From Lama guanicoe (lineage: Eukaryota), in assembly GCA_013239625.1 (NCBI GenBank), contig MU053557.1, positions 3,440,123 to 3,504,122 on the forward strand: 64,000 nucleotides of DNA, in the 5' to 3' direction. Below are positions 1 to 15,055 of this stretch, piece by piece; the stretch's first letter is position 1, and every line of letters begins with the position of its first letter. The position numbers were made by a program, and so were the translations under genes. The notes beneath the pieces were generated by a model. That model was given only the letters and a program-made list of their open reading frames with translations, was not told the origin of the DNA and made no database searches.

Positions 1-59
1 GTGTCAAGGAGAAGTAAAAAACATAGTACGTGTTCTTTTGCAATAGCTTACTTCACTTA

Positions 60-270
60 AAAGTCAGAAATCCTACCATCTAGTCTGGGTTTTGCCACTA
101 ACTAGCTAGGTGACCTTCAGAAATAAGTCAGTTAACTTTTGAGGCTCCATTTCCTAGTCTGTAAAATAAAGATGATGATACTGACTCTATCTCATGCTCA
201 GGATTGTTGTGAGATCCATTAAGGTAATATACGTGAAAGCACTTTATACTGTGCTGTGAATATGAAGGTT
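60..270 (+). mobile_element. MIR SINE
   Basis: gccactaactagctaggtgacctt...tttcctagtctgtaaaat...ggattgttgtgagat...gtgaaagcactt. Confidence 0.75.
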
Positions 271-531
271 GTAGTTTTACCCCTCAACACCAATGTTTTA
301 ATGGTATTCAGCTATATATTTTTATGGTGCCATGAATCCAAAATGCACCAAGGCTCTGCTAAAGAGAAACATAAAATAAGATGACAGATGTGATGGGAAA
401 CAGCTCTGAAAACTTAATTACATTATGCAAATGTAAGGTAATAATATTATTTTAGATCTTGATGCAGATTTCTGAATCAGTTATACGGACACATTCCAAG
501 TAGTACAGGTTGAGATAAAAAAAATTAATGT

Positions 532-675
532 GGGGGGAGGGTATAGCTCAAGTGGTTGAGCACATGCTTTGCATGCATGAGGTCCTGGGCTCAATCCTCA
601 GTACCTCCCCACAAAATAAATAAACCCAATTACCCCTGCCCCCCAATTAAACAACACAATAATAAATAAAACATT
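532..675 (+). mobile_element. tRNA-derived SINE (camelid Vic-1-like)
   Basis: ggggagggtatagctcaagtgg...gtcctgggctcaatcc (A/B boxes), A-rich tail, TSD aaaaaattaatgt at 519-531 and 676-688. Confidence 0.9.
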
Positions 676-3029
676 AAAAAATTAATGTATCTGAACAGAG
701 AGGAATAGACATCTTTATACTATTTCTTAAAAAGTCTTAATTAGGCTCTTAAATTTTTCTGAAAATTATTCACTCATGTTGGAAAGATGTTAAATGACAA
801 TATTCTATGACGGTAGAGATATAAATGGATCTACATTTAAAAATAAGTTTTCTTATTTTTATTTTCAGAGGGACTTTGAGAACATGGGCTTGATGACAAA
901 GAGAATATGACTATTGCTGCCAAGAAAAAGATGTTTGTGCCTCATATGGGGAAGCACGCATCAAACCCAGAGCCTGCAATTTCCTAGAGTCATAATGAGG
1001 TAGTTTCCAGTCTGCAGGAGTGATGAGAAATGGTATATTCTATTCATTGATTCATTTATTCGTTCTTTCAACAAGTATTTATTTTGCACTGGGTACTATG
1101 CTTGAAAGTGGAGACTCAGTAGTGAATAAAAAGGATGGGATTCTTTCCTTCCCACACTTTTCAATCAGGCAGAGGAAAACAAATGTTAACAAACATGGAC
1201 GAGGGTAGGATACTGGTGAGAAGGCAGACAGCCTAAAGAGACAGATACTTATGGGAACTGTGGGGGCAACCTAATTTTCTTAAGCTTCAGTTTCCTTACG
1301 GATAAAAATGGAACAATACTATCACTGATGTCATGATTATTTTAGAAGAGTAAATGGAACAATGGAGGTAAATTATAGCATGCAATACATAATAAATTCT
1401 TCTTAAATGATAGACTTTAAGGTGTTGATAAAGATCTCTCACCAGCTATCCAACTGTTTTAAAGTTGGGTAGACTTTATGTCACATTAGAATATTCTACA
1501 AGGAACCTTGCTTTATTCATAATTTAGATCTCTAAAATGTATGGGCATGTTGCCCTTTGAACTTGGTTTTCTGATATGAGCTTGTGAGTTCTGACCCTTG
1601 GCTTTGTCTCCGGTCTCCAAGTTCACACCTACCATCAGACCTGTGTCTGAAACTGCTCCTCCAGTTCTGGACTTCCCTTCTCGGCTACAAGCCACACTCA
1701 TCTGCAGAAGTCATGTTTTCCACCTACTCCAGGTAATAACTGCATGGACTCATAGGGCCAAGATTCCCACCTGGTTCGTCCCATCCTGGGGAAGGTATTT
1801 AGTCAGTTTCATTTGAAATAGAGCAAATTATGCTCCCTAGGTCTCATTTTCTGCATGCATTAAATAACAAGATTTGTAGCCATCATTTTTTAAATTCCTG
1901 TTTCTCCTTCCTTTATATTATGGTGTGAAAATGATCATATTTTGCATAGAGTCCTCTGTAAAATCCTATGAAATCTGTTGAAACAGTAGGAACATATAGG
2001 CCAGGGAGCGAATTTTGGAGTCCTTCCACTAATAAAACTCACTCAGGGCTTTATTCTCATTGCTTTGTGTGGCTTTCTCACATTATAAAATTGCTCTGCC
2101 AATATCAGTTAGTGGAGAGGGGAGGGGGCATTTTAAAACTAGGATTGGATGTTTCACTCAGTTGCTCCCTCATCCATCTTAATTTAGACACCATGACCAC
2201 ACAGCGCCTGGCATCCACCCCTTCCACTCTGATGAAGTAATGGGCAAGTCTATGAATGTTTAAAAGCAAAAATGGATGAGAACGTACTCCAGCTTCAAAC
2301 ACACACTTCCCATTCTCCTTCTCAAGACAAAGCTTAAGCAGTAACCCTTTTGAGAATGCAAAGGATTAGAATACATAGTCTTTGTTATGCTCAGTTCAGA
2401 AACGCAAGTAATTCTAGTTAGGCAGGGTTCCTTTAAGGAATATAGCTAACAATTTAGATATGTGCACAAGGAGGGAAGCAAAGTGAGATTAAAGGAAACT
2501 GTCAAAACTGTCAATCTCCAAAGACAACCCACATCCTGAATATTAAAAATCCATTGTATAAATTTAATTTCTTACATTTTACATTTATGATATTCCTAGC
2601 CAGAAATGATATAATGCAGCAGACTTCAAATTTTTTTCACTTCAAGGACTGTAGACTATACATTGCAGAATGCTGTAAAACTACTGTAGATTGTGGATTA
2701 TAGTATATCTTTATTATACTAATAAAAACTGCTTAACATTTGTTTGATTTTTTGACAGTTTACAAACTAAGAACTCTTTTTGCAAATGTGAGCCTTCCTT
2801 AACATCAAGTTTCCATTTTTTACATGAGATATTTTTAACAAATAGCAATAATATTAGGAAAAACAATATAAGCTAAACTTTATTGAATGTTCATGAAGTA
2901 CCACATACTAATCTTGGGGCACTGCATGCATCTATCCACTTAAAACAGTCTAAAGAAGCAGGTAATCCTTTTTCATTTATGAGGAAACTAATAGTAGGGA
3001 AAAAATGGTAAAATTTTAAGCACATTGGG

Positions 3030-5560
3030 GATTCTACTTAATAGCAGACTGGATAATTCTGATCAAACCTCAACCAATAAAGACAACTTAAAAGGCTGGA
3101 AAAAAAACCCCGAATTTTAAAAAGCATTAAAAACAAAATACGATTATAAAAAATTATCAGTCTGAGATGGGGAGGCGGGGGAAATAGGAACCCAGGGCTA
3201 AGAATACAGAGCATCCTGGGACTTTTGGTCTGATTGTATTCGTTGATCCAAGAGAGAGTGGCTGAGAGGCTGAATTTGATAGACTAAAAGGTCTAGAGGA
3301 AAAAAGTTGGAATCTAGGTAAACTGTCCTTGTTTTGGGTTGAGACCTCAGAGTGCTACATACTAAAAGAAAAGATCAAATATAAACAAATGAATATTCAT
3401 AAAGACTCCAGGCTGGCTGTCAGTCATCTGGATGACCCAGGAAATCTCAAGGCCCAAATATAGATTAAGGTAAACCCAAATTGCTATTATCTGCAGGAGT
3501 CTGGGAAAGGCAAAAGGAAATGGACTTGGAGACCAGATGATTCCTATGAACAACTATTGAAGTACCATGCTCAGCATACAATCAAAGGGGACCAAATCTA
3601 TGAGGAGACAAGACAGCACGTGTAAGAAGCAGCAGAACCAAGAGTCAGCAGAAACACACGACGACTTCAAATACTGTAATGTTATTAGAAGAGGCCTGTA
3701 AAACAACCATGCATACTTAATTCAAGGAGATAAAAGTTAACCTTAAAATTTTTCAGAGGCAACCTGAAAATATAAAAAGTGATAGAGGAGATTTGGGACA
3801 GAACAAAATAGAAAGCATTAAACTGAAAAAAGAATAGCAAGCAAAAAAAAGAAATCAGTAGCTGAGTTCATTGGCATTTTAGGTTCAACAGAAGAGAGGA
3901 CTCCGTGAACGAAAATAGGAAGCTAGGTCAAAAGCATGGAGAGATCAAAAGATGGAAAATGACTCAAGAGAGAAGGGAAGACAGAGAATTCTGCATAAAA
4001 GCCTGGCACATGTTCAACAGAGTCATGGAAGGAACCAAAAGACAGAATGGGGCACAGGCAACATTTAAAGGGATAATGGCTAAATTTTTTCCGGAAATGA
4101 TAAAACATCCCAATCCACAGACTCAATAAGTCCCACAAGCACCAGCAAAAATCAAAGATAAAGAGAAAAATCTTAAAAGTGGCCAGAGGAAAAGAGATGG
4201 CTGGCCTACAGAGAACAGTTATGCTGACTGCTAACTTCTCAACAGCAGTAGGAGAAGCAGAAGACAGACAAATGATATGCTCAGTCAGCTGAAAGAAAGT
4301 AACACCCAAATGAGAATCCTGTATCCACCCCAAATATCCTTTAAGAACAAAGGTCAAATAGAGACATTTTAGATATACACTAAAGAAAATTCTGAAGGGT
4401 ATTCCACAGGCAGAAGGAAAATGATGTAAGAAGGAATAAGAAGCAGAAAATGTGATAAAAATCTGACTGTTTTAAAATATGACTATTTCTTGTGGTATAT
4501 CTATGTAACTATCACAAAAATAAAAGCATATAATTTTATAACAAGAAGAATAAATATAGTTCTAAGGACAAGAAGGAAGATAGATATATGAATTAAAGTT
4601 AGACTAAGATAAGTTAAGAATACGTTATAATTACTAGGGTTAACACTAAAATAATAGAACAAACAATCTATAACTTCTAAGTTAATACAAAGAAGAAATC
4701 CAGAGATTACCAAATTCCAGTAAATCCAAAAGAAGTTGAGAGAAGAGGGAAAAAACTAATACAGAATTCCTGGAGCAAATGGAAAACATTTAATGAAGTA
4801 GTAGATGTAAATTCAAATATCACTAACCACATTAAATTTGGATGAAGAAAACAGTTAAAAGATAAAATCGGCACACTGGGAAAAGCAAAAAAAAAAAAAG
4901 CCAAAATCATATGCTAATTTAAAGAGTCCTATCTATAATATAAGGATGAAATAGTTTTTAAAATATGTGTATTTATGTGAATTTATTTTGTGTATCATAA
5001 AAACAAAACAGAAAGTTGTAGTGAAACAGAAACAGACTCAGACATAGAACACAAACTTATGGTTGCCAAGGGTGCAGAGGGTGGGAAGGGACAGACTGGG
5101 ATTTCGAAATTTGTAGATACTGACAGGCATATGCAGAATAGATAAACAAGATTATACTGTATAGCACAGGGAAATATATACAAGATCTTGTGGTAGCTCA
5201 CAGTGAAAAAAAAATGTGACAATGAGTAGATGTGTGTTCATGTATGGCTGAAAAATTGTGCTCTACACTGGAATTTGACACAACATTGTAAAATGACTAT
5301 AACTCAATAAAAAATGTTAAAAAAAAGAAAAAAAAGAAAGTTCTAGTGACTACATTAGTATGAGAAAAAACAAATTTTACTAGAGACAAGGAGAGTAACT
5401 TTTTGATGATAAAATTCAAATTTCCCAGGAAGATTTAACAACTCTAAATTTGTATATATCTATCAACACAGCCTCAAAAAACACAAATCAAAAACTGACC
5501 AAAGTATAAAGAGAAAGGGAAAAATCCATAATCACAGTGGGAGGGTTTTTTTGTTGTTGT
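3030..5560 (+). mobile_element. Old degenerate L1 (5' region, ORF1 remnant, start of ORF2 endonuclease)
   Basis: ORF1 C-terminal-like text at 4170-4370 (aaaatcttaaaagtggccagagg...gctaacttctcaacagc...agaatcctgtatcca) and A-rich strand bias. Boundaries approximate. Confidence 0.75.
5025..5334 (+). mobile_element. Young 5'-truncated L1 3' UTR nested in the older L1
   Basis: aacagaaacagactcagacatagaacacaaacttatgg...aactcaataaaaaatgttaaaa; TSD agaaagtt(g/c)tagtga at 5010-5024 and 5335-5349. Confidence 0.9.
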
Positions 5561-8500
5561 TAAAACATTCCTCTCTGAGTAAGAGATAGGCCCTTCAAGA
5601 CATCTAGTGATATTACTATGTTTAAATCATATTTCTTCCGTAGTGAAATGTGGGAAGAAATGGATGTCACTTTCCTCATTTTTCCCATCACTGAGACCTC
5701 TTAGGAAGGATTTACCCTAGAGATGATAAATATTTCAGAAAAATCACTATGGAACAGCATACTTCACCATACTTTCAACAGGTTCTCTTTGTCCTGGATA
5801 TTCACAGTTAACAATACAAAAAAGTATTTGAAGATGGAACATTTTTTAAACTTAGAAAGATTCTGGATTTATTTGAATATGCAAATCTATAAAATCGGAT
5901 TTAGAATGAGCACAGGTTGCCAAGCCTCTCAAAGCTACTTTTTTTTAATAGTTCTTTCCCTCTCTTTTTTTTAAATTGGAGTATAACTGACATACAACAT
6001 TATATTTAAAGGTGCAGTGCAACATTTTAAAGCCAATGAACTGAATGATTTCTAAAGGGTCCCTCATAGCTTAACATTTTAATTGCTAATTGCTATTTGT
6101 ACTCTCTACCCAACTTTCCTGCAAATGACTAATCTTAGTAGTTTGCTGCTTGTTGCAATTATCACACTGATGTTTTTATAAATACCTGTGTGATCTTTTA
6201 AAGATGCTGCTATAACTTGTTATCACATATTTCGGGGTTGTCTCCTTGCTCTTTTTAGCTGCTATTCTCTTCTCTTTCCTCCCCTTCCCTTCCCTTCCTT
6301 CTTTTCTCTCTCCTTTCCACTCTCTCCTCTACCCCTTCTATTTTTCCTTTGTTTTTGATTATGTGCTTTGCACTTGGGAGGTTCCTTGTATAAGCAATGG
6401 CTGTTTCCTGAAAATTCGTCTCCATGATTTTTCAAATTTCTAAATCCATGAGGATTTGCACCAGTGAGCTCAAGAATATCATAGATAGAAATTTCTTATT
6501 TCTTTTTTATCTTAGAGAGTGAAGAGAATTTGAACTGAGCCTTTTTTTTTTTAAGGATGTGACCAGCCCCAGCAAAGTGTCGCTAGTGAAAGGATAACAT
6601 GGGCCTATGTTAGTGATAGGAGAACGGTGACAATGTTTTGGTTATACTAGAAGTGAAATAAAGAAGAAACTAAATCATCTGATGCTGAAGATGTCAAGTT
6701 TGTTGCCTTGTCCGATAAAACAAATTTATCTGTAATTTACTGTTCTTTTAATACCACAATAACTAATTTTCTCCAAGAATTATCTTTGAAAAATTAAAAG
6801 TAGAAAAAAAGTGCATTTCCATTTGTTTCCTTTTTTCCCCTTTGCAACCTCATTTCATGTTGCTGCTGCAGGACAGAGTATGTTATTTTTACGACGCTAG
6901 TTTAGTTAGCTACACAGCATCAGCAAAGTGTTCCTGGGAGAAGGAAAAATAAATATTATGTGATTAATTACACTATGAATTTTGAAAAATTTAACCATGC
7001 ATCATTTGCACAGTATTGAATCTAAAGGAAATGGTGGAAATTTTAGAATGTAATCCATAAATTTTGTTTCAGCAGAAGTGGCCTTTCTAAGCTATTGGAC
7101 TTTATGCCTTGTGACTCCCACTTTAACATCAGACATAGAGAAAAAGAGTATCATACATCCCATGTAATCAGATACACAAAATCCAGAAATGCATGTACTT
7201 TGTAAGTACGCTGAATTCATGGCATTGAGTATCCTAGCTAAACGTGTTATAAACTAGCATATCATTCTGTCACTTTTAACACCCACTTTCTAGCTTACAT
7301 AAATCTTTAAGAAACAAAACAGTTCCATGTAAGCACTTAATCTGTGAGAGCAGATTTCATCTTTAGAGAATAAAATACAATTAACCTCGACAAATTAGCA
7401 GCCTCCCACATATGTTAACTGGGATATGGAGACCACATAAAATAAGTTTCCCCAAATAGGAAATTCTTGTGTAATTTTTTTTAAACAAAATTATTCAAAT
7501 AGGGTAGGAGAAGAGTTTAACATGACTTTGTACCCTCAAGGGGGTATGTCCTCTTACAATTGCCCCTTTGGGTTATTAACATGAATTTGGGGCAGTGCCA
7601 TGGGTTGAAAGTTTATCACTGCTCAAAAAAAAGAACATCTTTTCTCTCAATGCTGGGTGTTCAAACACAGGGAATTTTTAAAAACAGGTAATCATTGAGC
7701 CAAACAGAGTGAGAGGTTGACACTCCTTCATATTCACAAGATGATTCCCTCACTCTGCTATGCATTTTGTCGTAGTTATTTTTAGCAATTACGGTTCTGC
7801 CTGCGTCTCTTTCATTAGGCAGTCTGTTTAAACCATCATTAGACATTGCAGGAAAGATCGGCACGTGGCTTTAAAAAGTGCTCGTTTTATCTTATCCACT
7901 AGCCATGGCTATATAGTTGTCTCTTCACAGTAGCCTAGGGATAACGACCTTAAACACATTAACTATTTTACAAATAGAATGAATGATCTAAAACCCCAAA
8001 GAAGAGGTGTACAACATATCTGAAAGATACTGTGGTAAAATGATCTTGTAATTTCCCAATACCTGTGGGAAGGCATTTTCGCATCTCCAAAGGGCTTCAA
8101 TCCAATTCAATCTAGTATGTAGCAGATCTGTTTCTTATTAGAAGAACAACCCACTTTACCAGACACTTAATTAAAACCTTATTTTGAGACAAGATGATAG
8201 GGCTTCAAAGATAAATAAGTTAATCAAACAAACGATTCCTTTATTCATAATTCTACATTAATTTAAAACACTGTTTGTTAAGCCTTGAGCTAGGTCCTGA
8301 GGATACAAGACACTTGACCTTCATCAGCTTGTTTTTTTTTTTTCAATTCTAGAGTACTTACAATGCAAGGTAGTTTTCTTTTACCATCTACTGTACCATA
8401 TGCTCATAAATGAAGGCCCCATGTAAACATGCCAAACAGATTTTCTAGCACCGTTATTCTTGTCATCTTCCTCTTTTATTTGTTTGTTATCACACCTGCA

Positions 8501-9379
8501 GCTTGAGCTAATGAGACAAGGTGTTGTAGAGAAGTGTCTTTTAATGTCTTTCTTGCTCTTCAATGACAATAAAAAGAACAGCATCTAATGTGCTATGCAC
8601 CTACTGTGTGCCTGGCATTGTGCCATGTGCCTCAGGGGCATCACCAATTTAAGTCCATCTGAAAAACTCTACCAGGTAAGAACTATCATCATTTTGCTTT
8701 AATGAGAAGAAATAAGATTCAGGGTGATTTATTAAATCCCTTGAGTTATCCAGGGAGGTAAGAAGCTCAGCTCAAACTCAAACTCAGGTCTGCTGCATGG
8801 AGTGGTGACACAGAAGGAAGATTTGCTGGGACCCACTTCATCTTCATGACATCTTCACAAGTTGGGGCAGTTAAAGCTGATTTCTAAAAGAGCTGGATCA
8901 GAAGTTCTCTTTTCCTTTCTAATCACTGGATAGATAGATAGATAGATAGAACTCCTATAATGTAAGTCAACGTATCCCTGAATTAAGAGTTGGCCAACAT
9001 CAGTTTTAGTCACAGATGCATGACCTTGGCCGATGTATTTTACAGTTCCATGTTTGCTTTCTCATCCGTAAAGTCTTAATTCCATCCCCGCCTAGTTTGC
9101 CTCCTCACTTTCAGGAGGATAAAGTGAGAGGACGTTTCCAACAGCACTTTGGAAACTGAAGGAGCACGCTCAAGTGTCATCAATAAAAACTGGAAGGAGG
9201 GGGAATAAAGGACAGAAATACTGCCAAGCTTTTCCTCTCTAAAGTGTTATAATTTCAAAAGGCTAAGGCAGGGTTGGAAGCTGTCAAGTAAGAAGCTTTA
9301 TTCTCTGAAATATTTATTCCCTGAAAAACTTTCCCAGCAGGGAGAAAAACACAAGAGTTAGTCCTTAAAGGGGAAGCAG

Positions 9380-9620
9380 CAAGGACAGTGGTTAGGGAAG
9401 GGGACTTAGAGGTCGGCTGTGCCTGGTTTGAAATGGGCGCGGCCAGTTCATCATCTACAAGACCATAGAAGTTGTTTAACTTCTCTAAGCCTCATGTTTC
9501 TGTCTATAAAACTGCCATAATAACAGCTATCTGAGAATATGGTTGCAAAAATTAAGTACAGGTAATGTATGCGAAATGTTTGGCGCTGAGCCTGGCACCT
9601 AGAAAATGCTCAATAAATGG
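9380..9620 (+). mobile_element. MIR SINE
   Basis: tttaacttctctaagcctca...gcctggcacctagaaaatgctcaataaatg. Confidence 0.75.
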
Positions 9621-12600
9621 TCTCTGCAGAGTGGTATATTGGGTGATTTGCTACCAATGTGCTTGTGTTTGTTTTTTGAACTTGTGGGCCAAGCCTGAGT
9701 GATTTCAGGCCATTTTAAGTCAACAGAAAATGCAAGCACATAAAGGTGCTAGGAAGAATCAGGCGTGTGTGTTAGACTGGAACAAAGGGAATGAGCAGGG
9801 ACGGAAGGTGAGTGTTTCAGGCCAGATGCACAGAGACAACGTGATACAGAACCAAGAATCACATCAGTTCCATGTTGAATGGACTAGGGGAGAGAGGTCA
9901 CTAAAGGCAGGGAGATCTAGTTTGACAACAAAGGGCACTGCTTGGAATTTTGAGGAAAAGAAATTATTAATGACGAAAGAAGTTCTTTGGGGACGTGAAA
10001 TCACTTAGACTTCGGAGTGAAGCAATGGTGATATTCCCGTCCACGCGGGACAGACTCTCTGGTGTCACTCTCCACAGTGCTCTAAAAGTGTCCAGGTCTG
10101 CACAAGGAATTACGCACAGTCCTGCCACTTTTGAGGCCCGACATTATAGGGGGATTATTTGGAGGGATTCTGGATGAGATTCTCACAGGAGTGGTGAAAA
10201 CAGTGGATCCTTGAATAACATGCTCTGTTATTTAGAGGTTTTGCATCATCTCTTAAATTCGTGGTCATGCTTACCAGGAAAAAGAGCCTCAGATTTACAG
10301 TCCCAGAGAACACAGCAATGCTCTCTTCTTCTTTTTATCTAGATTATTTTGCTCAATGATCATCACAACAATAGTTTTGAGAAATAGGTCACCTAGATTT
10401 CCAAACTCTTTTGTTTCAAGCCATCTGGGGCTGAGGATGGTTTTGAAATGAGCTGTTCTTGGTATCGTGGCTGAAACCTGACATAACACATTTATCTGCA
10501 CATCTGCCAGTGTTGCAGCATTGTTCTGGGTATTTGATATTCAGAAGATGTATCAAGAATTTGAACCTCGGAGAAACAAACTACTCAGCATTTCAATTAG
10601 GATCCGTGTGTGGTGCATACAAAGCATCACCTCAGAAAATCTTGGAACATGTTGGAATATGTGGGTTTTAAAAACGAAATACTGCCGAGCAGTTGCAAGT
10701 TAAATTATATTCCACATGAGTGATCATTTTCCCTGTCCCTGAGTTGTTCTTCTAAGAAAGGTGATTAATGCAGACTCCTGATTTGCAGCTCCGAATTCCT
10801 ACCACCATGGGTTTCCAGTCCCTGTTTAGTAAATTATTTTCAGGACATTTAGTTGACTTTGTATAAAGCTTTGATTAAATGGCAGCTAAGAACACAGGTC
10901 AGGTGATTCCAGATATTTCCCATAGCACCCAATATAACTATAAAAAGGATTAGTGGCTTCATTTGGAATCATTGCCATTTTTATGCCCTTCCCCCATCTT
11001 GCTAGAGTAATTCTTACTGTCCTCTTTTACCAGAGTTCTATTCATAGTGGCTAAAATAAACACAGAAAAAAGAGATGACTCCATCTCTTGTAAAAAGTGG
11101 AGTGTGTTAGAATTTCAGTATGGCTATTTCTCTCTGTCTGCCTTGATGGTGGATGTAGGAGAAAACACATGGCTTACTGTTACCTTTCAGCAATAATGAG
11201 TGATACTACTACCACTAATAACAATAAAAACAAATTTGTATTGAACATTTACTAGGTGCTGAAGATCTTACATACATCATGTCATTAATTCTCACTGATG
11301 AGGGGAAGTCCTAGCACCCCTATTGTTTGAGTGAGGAAATGAAGGCTTAGGGAGGTCAAGTAGCTTGCCAGTGTCACACAGCTGGTACTTCTTCATGAGA
11401 TGGGGACTTAAACTCAGATTTGTCTGGCTTTAGAATCTGCTCTTAATCTCATGCTATGATATTTCTCCTTCATAATAAGAACTTCTGACATTCCTAACAC
11501 CATCCTGCCATTTGATCTCACAACGTTATATTAGAATTCTGCCGTCTTCCCAGCACCTTCCAGGAAATATCTAAAATTAAAATCTTTATGATGCATATAG
11601 GACCTAAAATTGATAAGAGATGGCCTGTGCAAAACGGTTGCTTGTAACTAAATCACGGTTTAGGTGAGGATTTCTTTTTTAATCCATGAAATTCTGAGGT
11701 TCTTAAGGTGAGAGCGGCTATTAATCATTTCACCCCCCACGGGTGAGCACGAGCGTGGACAGGTGGTGGTCACCAGGTAATGCTCATTGAATAAATGCAA
11801 ATTAGAAAGGAAAAAAAAACTTTACTCATGATAATACCACTCACCTCGGTTGTGAGAGCAGCTCTGCATAGAAAAACTGAAATGGGCAATTTCAGTCCTT
11901 GCTGGGCTCTGTGTCTGACAAAGGAGGGACGGAACAAAGAAGACCCGTCTTTATGTTTATGCCGTTACTGCACTACCTTACTCTTGCCTTTCCTAGTTAT
12001 TGTCCTTTTGTGCTGGTGTTTCCCATCTTGCTCCCTATGCCCTTTTGTTTTCCTATTTATCCTTGATATATTTTCCATCTGCTGCTGCTGCTTCAGCATC
12101 TTTTTAAGTAAGGTTATTGACAAAACAGATTGCTTTCCAAGAAGAACAACAGAAATTGACTTGGGGGTAAGATTTACAAACTACATGCAGATCATAACAA
12201 ACTGCTAATAAACTGCTTTCTGTTTCTAATGAGCGTGAACACAGAGTCTGATTTATCCTCTGTGTAAAAGGAGGAGGTGTAGGGGGGCACCCTCAGGGCC
12301 CTTGCAGACGTCTAAGTGAGAAGGAAACGCTCGACTGCAAGAAACAGCAAACAGCCTTCTCCCAGGCAGAATTCCTTTCTATCTGACAAGGTTCCAAGCA
12401 GAGGGTCAGAAGTGGGAATGGATTCCTGGAGATCTGCATATGCTGGGGTCAGCACCTGGAAAATCCTTGCTATTCAGGTGTCTCTATTTCAGTGTGTTTG
12501 TCACCTGCCAGACCTCAATCTGAGTACTGGCTCTGCCAACACTGTCACCTTGCTCAAATGACCAAAACTGTCTTAGTTCCCTTGTCTGAAAAAACAATGG

Positions 12601-15036
12601 GTGTATGAATCTCACATTAACAACTCACAGAATATGAAAGTGATTTTCAAACAGTAAAGCCCACTTCAAGTGTTGCTTATTATTGCTGGAATTATCTTCC
12701 AAGCATTCCCATCAACTGAATTCTCATATTTGTTAATGATAAGTCTTAGTTAACAACTGGCCATCTCAAATTTCATTTGCTCTGTTAAGCATGGTACTGT
12801 TTCTAGCTACAGTACTTTCTAGCAAACACTGCTGTTGGTAACTCAGTTAGGTACCACCTCTGTGACATAAAGTCAGTGCAGCGGACTAGAATGAGCACTG
12901 GGTGAGAAGTTAGGAGTTTGATAGTTCTGGTCTCAGTCTGGAGTCCAACTTATTACCACTCTAGGCAAGTCATTCTCCTCTCTGAGCCTCAGGGCAGATT
13001 AAATGAGGCAATTCCTATGAACTAAGGCTCTTTCCCACCTCTTGTTCCCTAACCTGCTTAAGAAAAGAAATACAGTAAACTGTTTCTCATCTATAATTCA
13101 CAAGAGATGAGGTTTTCTAGTACATTAAATTTTCTGATTAATTAAAATTAAAATTTTGTTTCAATTACTACCAAAACATTCCAGGAAGATTAATCCATTT
13201 GATTTCAAGAACAGTAGCTACTAAGGGGTATCTTCAAGTTCATTTCATCAAAACCCTGGATGTTAAAGATTTCCAATGTTGCATATTTATGTGGCTCTTT
13301 TACACAGGGTTTATGTAAGCCCTCTATTGTTTCAGTGTTAAAATACCGGAGATAGTCCAGTAACTGGTAGCAATTCAGGGAATTTAAACATACTTCACAC
13401 ATACTTGCTGAATATTACTACTTCCCAAGGGAAGAAAGAAGTTTACTGGACGAGATGGAAGAGACACTGAGCCTGATAGAGATGTGAGGTGTCCCTAGTT
13501 ACTATTATTACACGAGACACATGATTTCTAAGACCCTCTAAGCGCTCATGTACCTCTCTTACTACCAGGATGGGCATCTGTCCTTTCAGATAAGATATTT
13601 GCTGACTACCTAATATCAGGCCCAGTAATCGCCACTAAAGAACACAAACTTAGAGAAAAAGCCAGAGTATGTCTAGAAATATTTATTGTCATAATAGACA
13701 TTTTGAATGCTGTGTCTAATTTTAATTTCTTAGGTTTAAGGATCGCCTGATTTTGCACAATGAAAATACCTCCCACTTTCATGTCAAAACATCCCCTAAT
13801 AAAATTAATTATAGAGCTGAGGCATATGATTATCACTAAGTCTTTTCTCTGCGCCCGACTCCAGCCTTGCTGTAACTCTGCTCTTTTGGTGTTATAAATC
13901 AGGACTATAAATAAAGAAGGATGTAACTTCTTATTTTGTCATTTTTAGATCAAGACAATCAAGGTTTTTCTTCCTTTTTTTGGAAACGGAGAAATAAAGA
14001 AGAAAGTATTCACTAATGAACAGCACTGAGATTTTAATTTCTCTTAATGGAGACGGTAATGATACAAATTTAGAAGTGAAGCTCTCAAAGGTTGGAAATG
14101 TCACGCTGAACAGGCTCTTCACCATATTCTCCTACTTCTGTAATCTTTAAGGTACACATTCCGACCAAGGATGAATTTAAGCTGTGATAGACCTCTGGTT
14201 TTAGCTATCTAAAAATTATATGGGACTGGGTCCAACAGCTGCTGATTGATTTTAAGATTCCACTCATGAAACATGTTCGTTCTTCTATTAGAAAATAACG
14301 CTCTCATTAAAGGTAGTCAGGATTCTCCTTGATTAAGCTGAGTGACTTAAATGTCTCAGTTAACAGAAGTGTCTGATGGAATATATATATACACACACAC
14401 AATTTTTTCCCCCAAATGTTGATATGATAGGTTTAAATAGCAATGCCTTGAAGACGGGAATTTTAGGCTGTGTGTTTTATAGGAAAATTCATTGTATGGA
14501 AATTCAATGTACAGGTCAGGCAATTACTTAGTACTGAGTGCTATTTTAGAACTTCCTTTACAGAGCTGTTAGATTTACAAGTGTGTTAGCAAACACGAAG
14601 TTGATGATAAAACAGCTTGGCCTTGTAGCGAGAAAACTTAGGATCAATTACTGGCTCTGCCGCTTACCAGGTGTGTGACCTTGAACCAGTTACTTTTCTG
14701 AGTTTTAACTTTTACAGCGGAAAAAAAGAGTGATGAGAATTTCAGCCTCCTCACGTGACTGTTACTGGGATTTAATAAGATCATGAGATGATCATGAGAA
14801 GAAGAGTGCTAATGTTATTAAATTATATAACATGATGTAATAATATATAATAGTAATATACATTATATTATTACATGTATTAACGAAGGCTGAAGATGTA
14901 ACAGGTGTTGCAGGACAAAGAGAGCATGAAGACATCCTGAAACAGTACCAGATGAAGTAAAAAGAACTCCTGTATGCTCCTCTGTCCTTTCCTTTTCCAA
15001 ATCTCCGAGAGAAAAAGACAAGCACCACCCCCCTCT

Positions 15037-15055
15037 CACACACACACACACACAC
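15037..15055. repeat. (CA)n microsatellite
   Basis: Directly visible. Confidence 0.9.

Noticed and set aside
532..610. tRNA-like sequence (also at 16440-16520, 30735-30800 and 34960-35030)
   Set aside because: These are SINE heads with A-rich tails and TSDs, not tRNA genes.
3905..4357. 74-aa and 144-aa ORFs
   Set aside because: Degenerate L1 ORF1 remnant and its antisense frame.
11795..12208. 137-aa plus-strand hydrophobic ORF
   Set aside because: Starts in an L2 tail, composition reflects T-rich DNA, and there is no homology or gene structure.
13610..13634. Possible 25-nt minus-strand exon (ctttag|...ATTAG|gtagtc)
   Set aside because: Weak donor, and matches of this quality are expected by chance in 59 kb.
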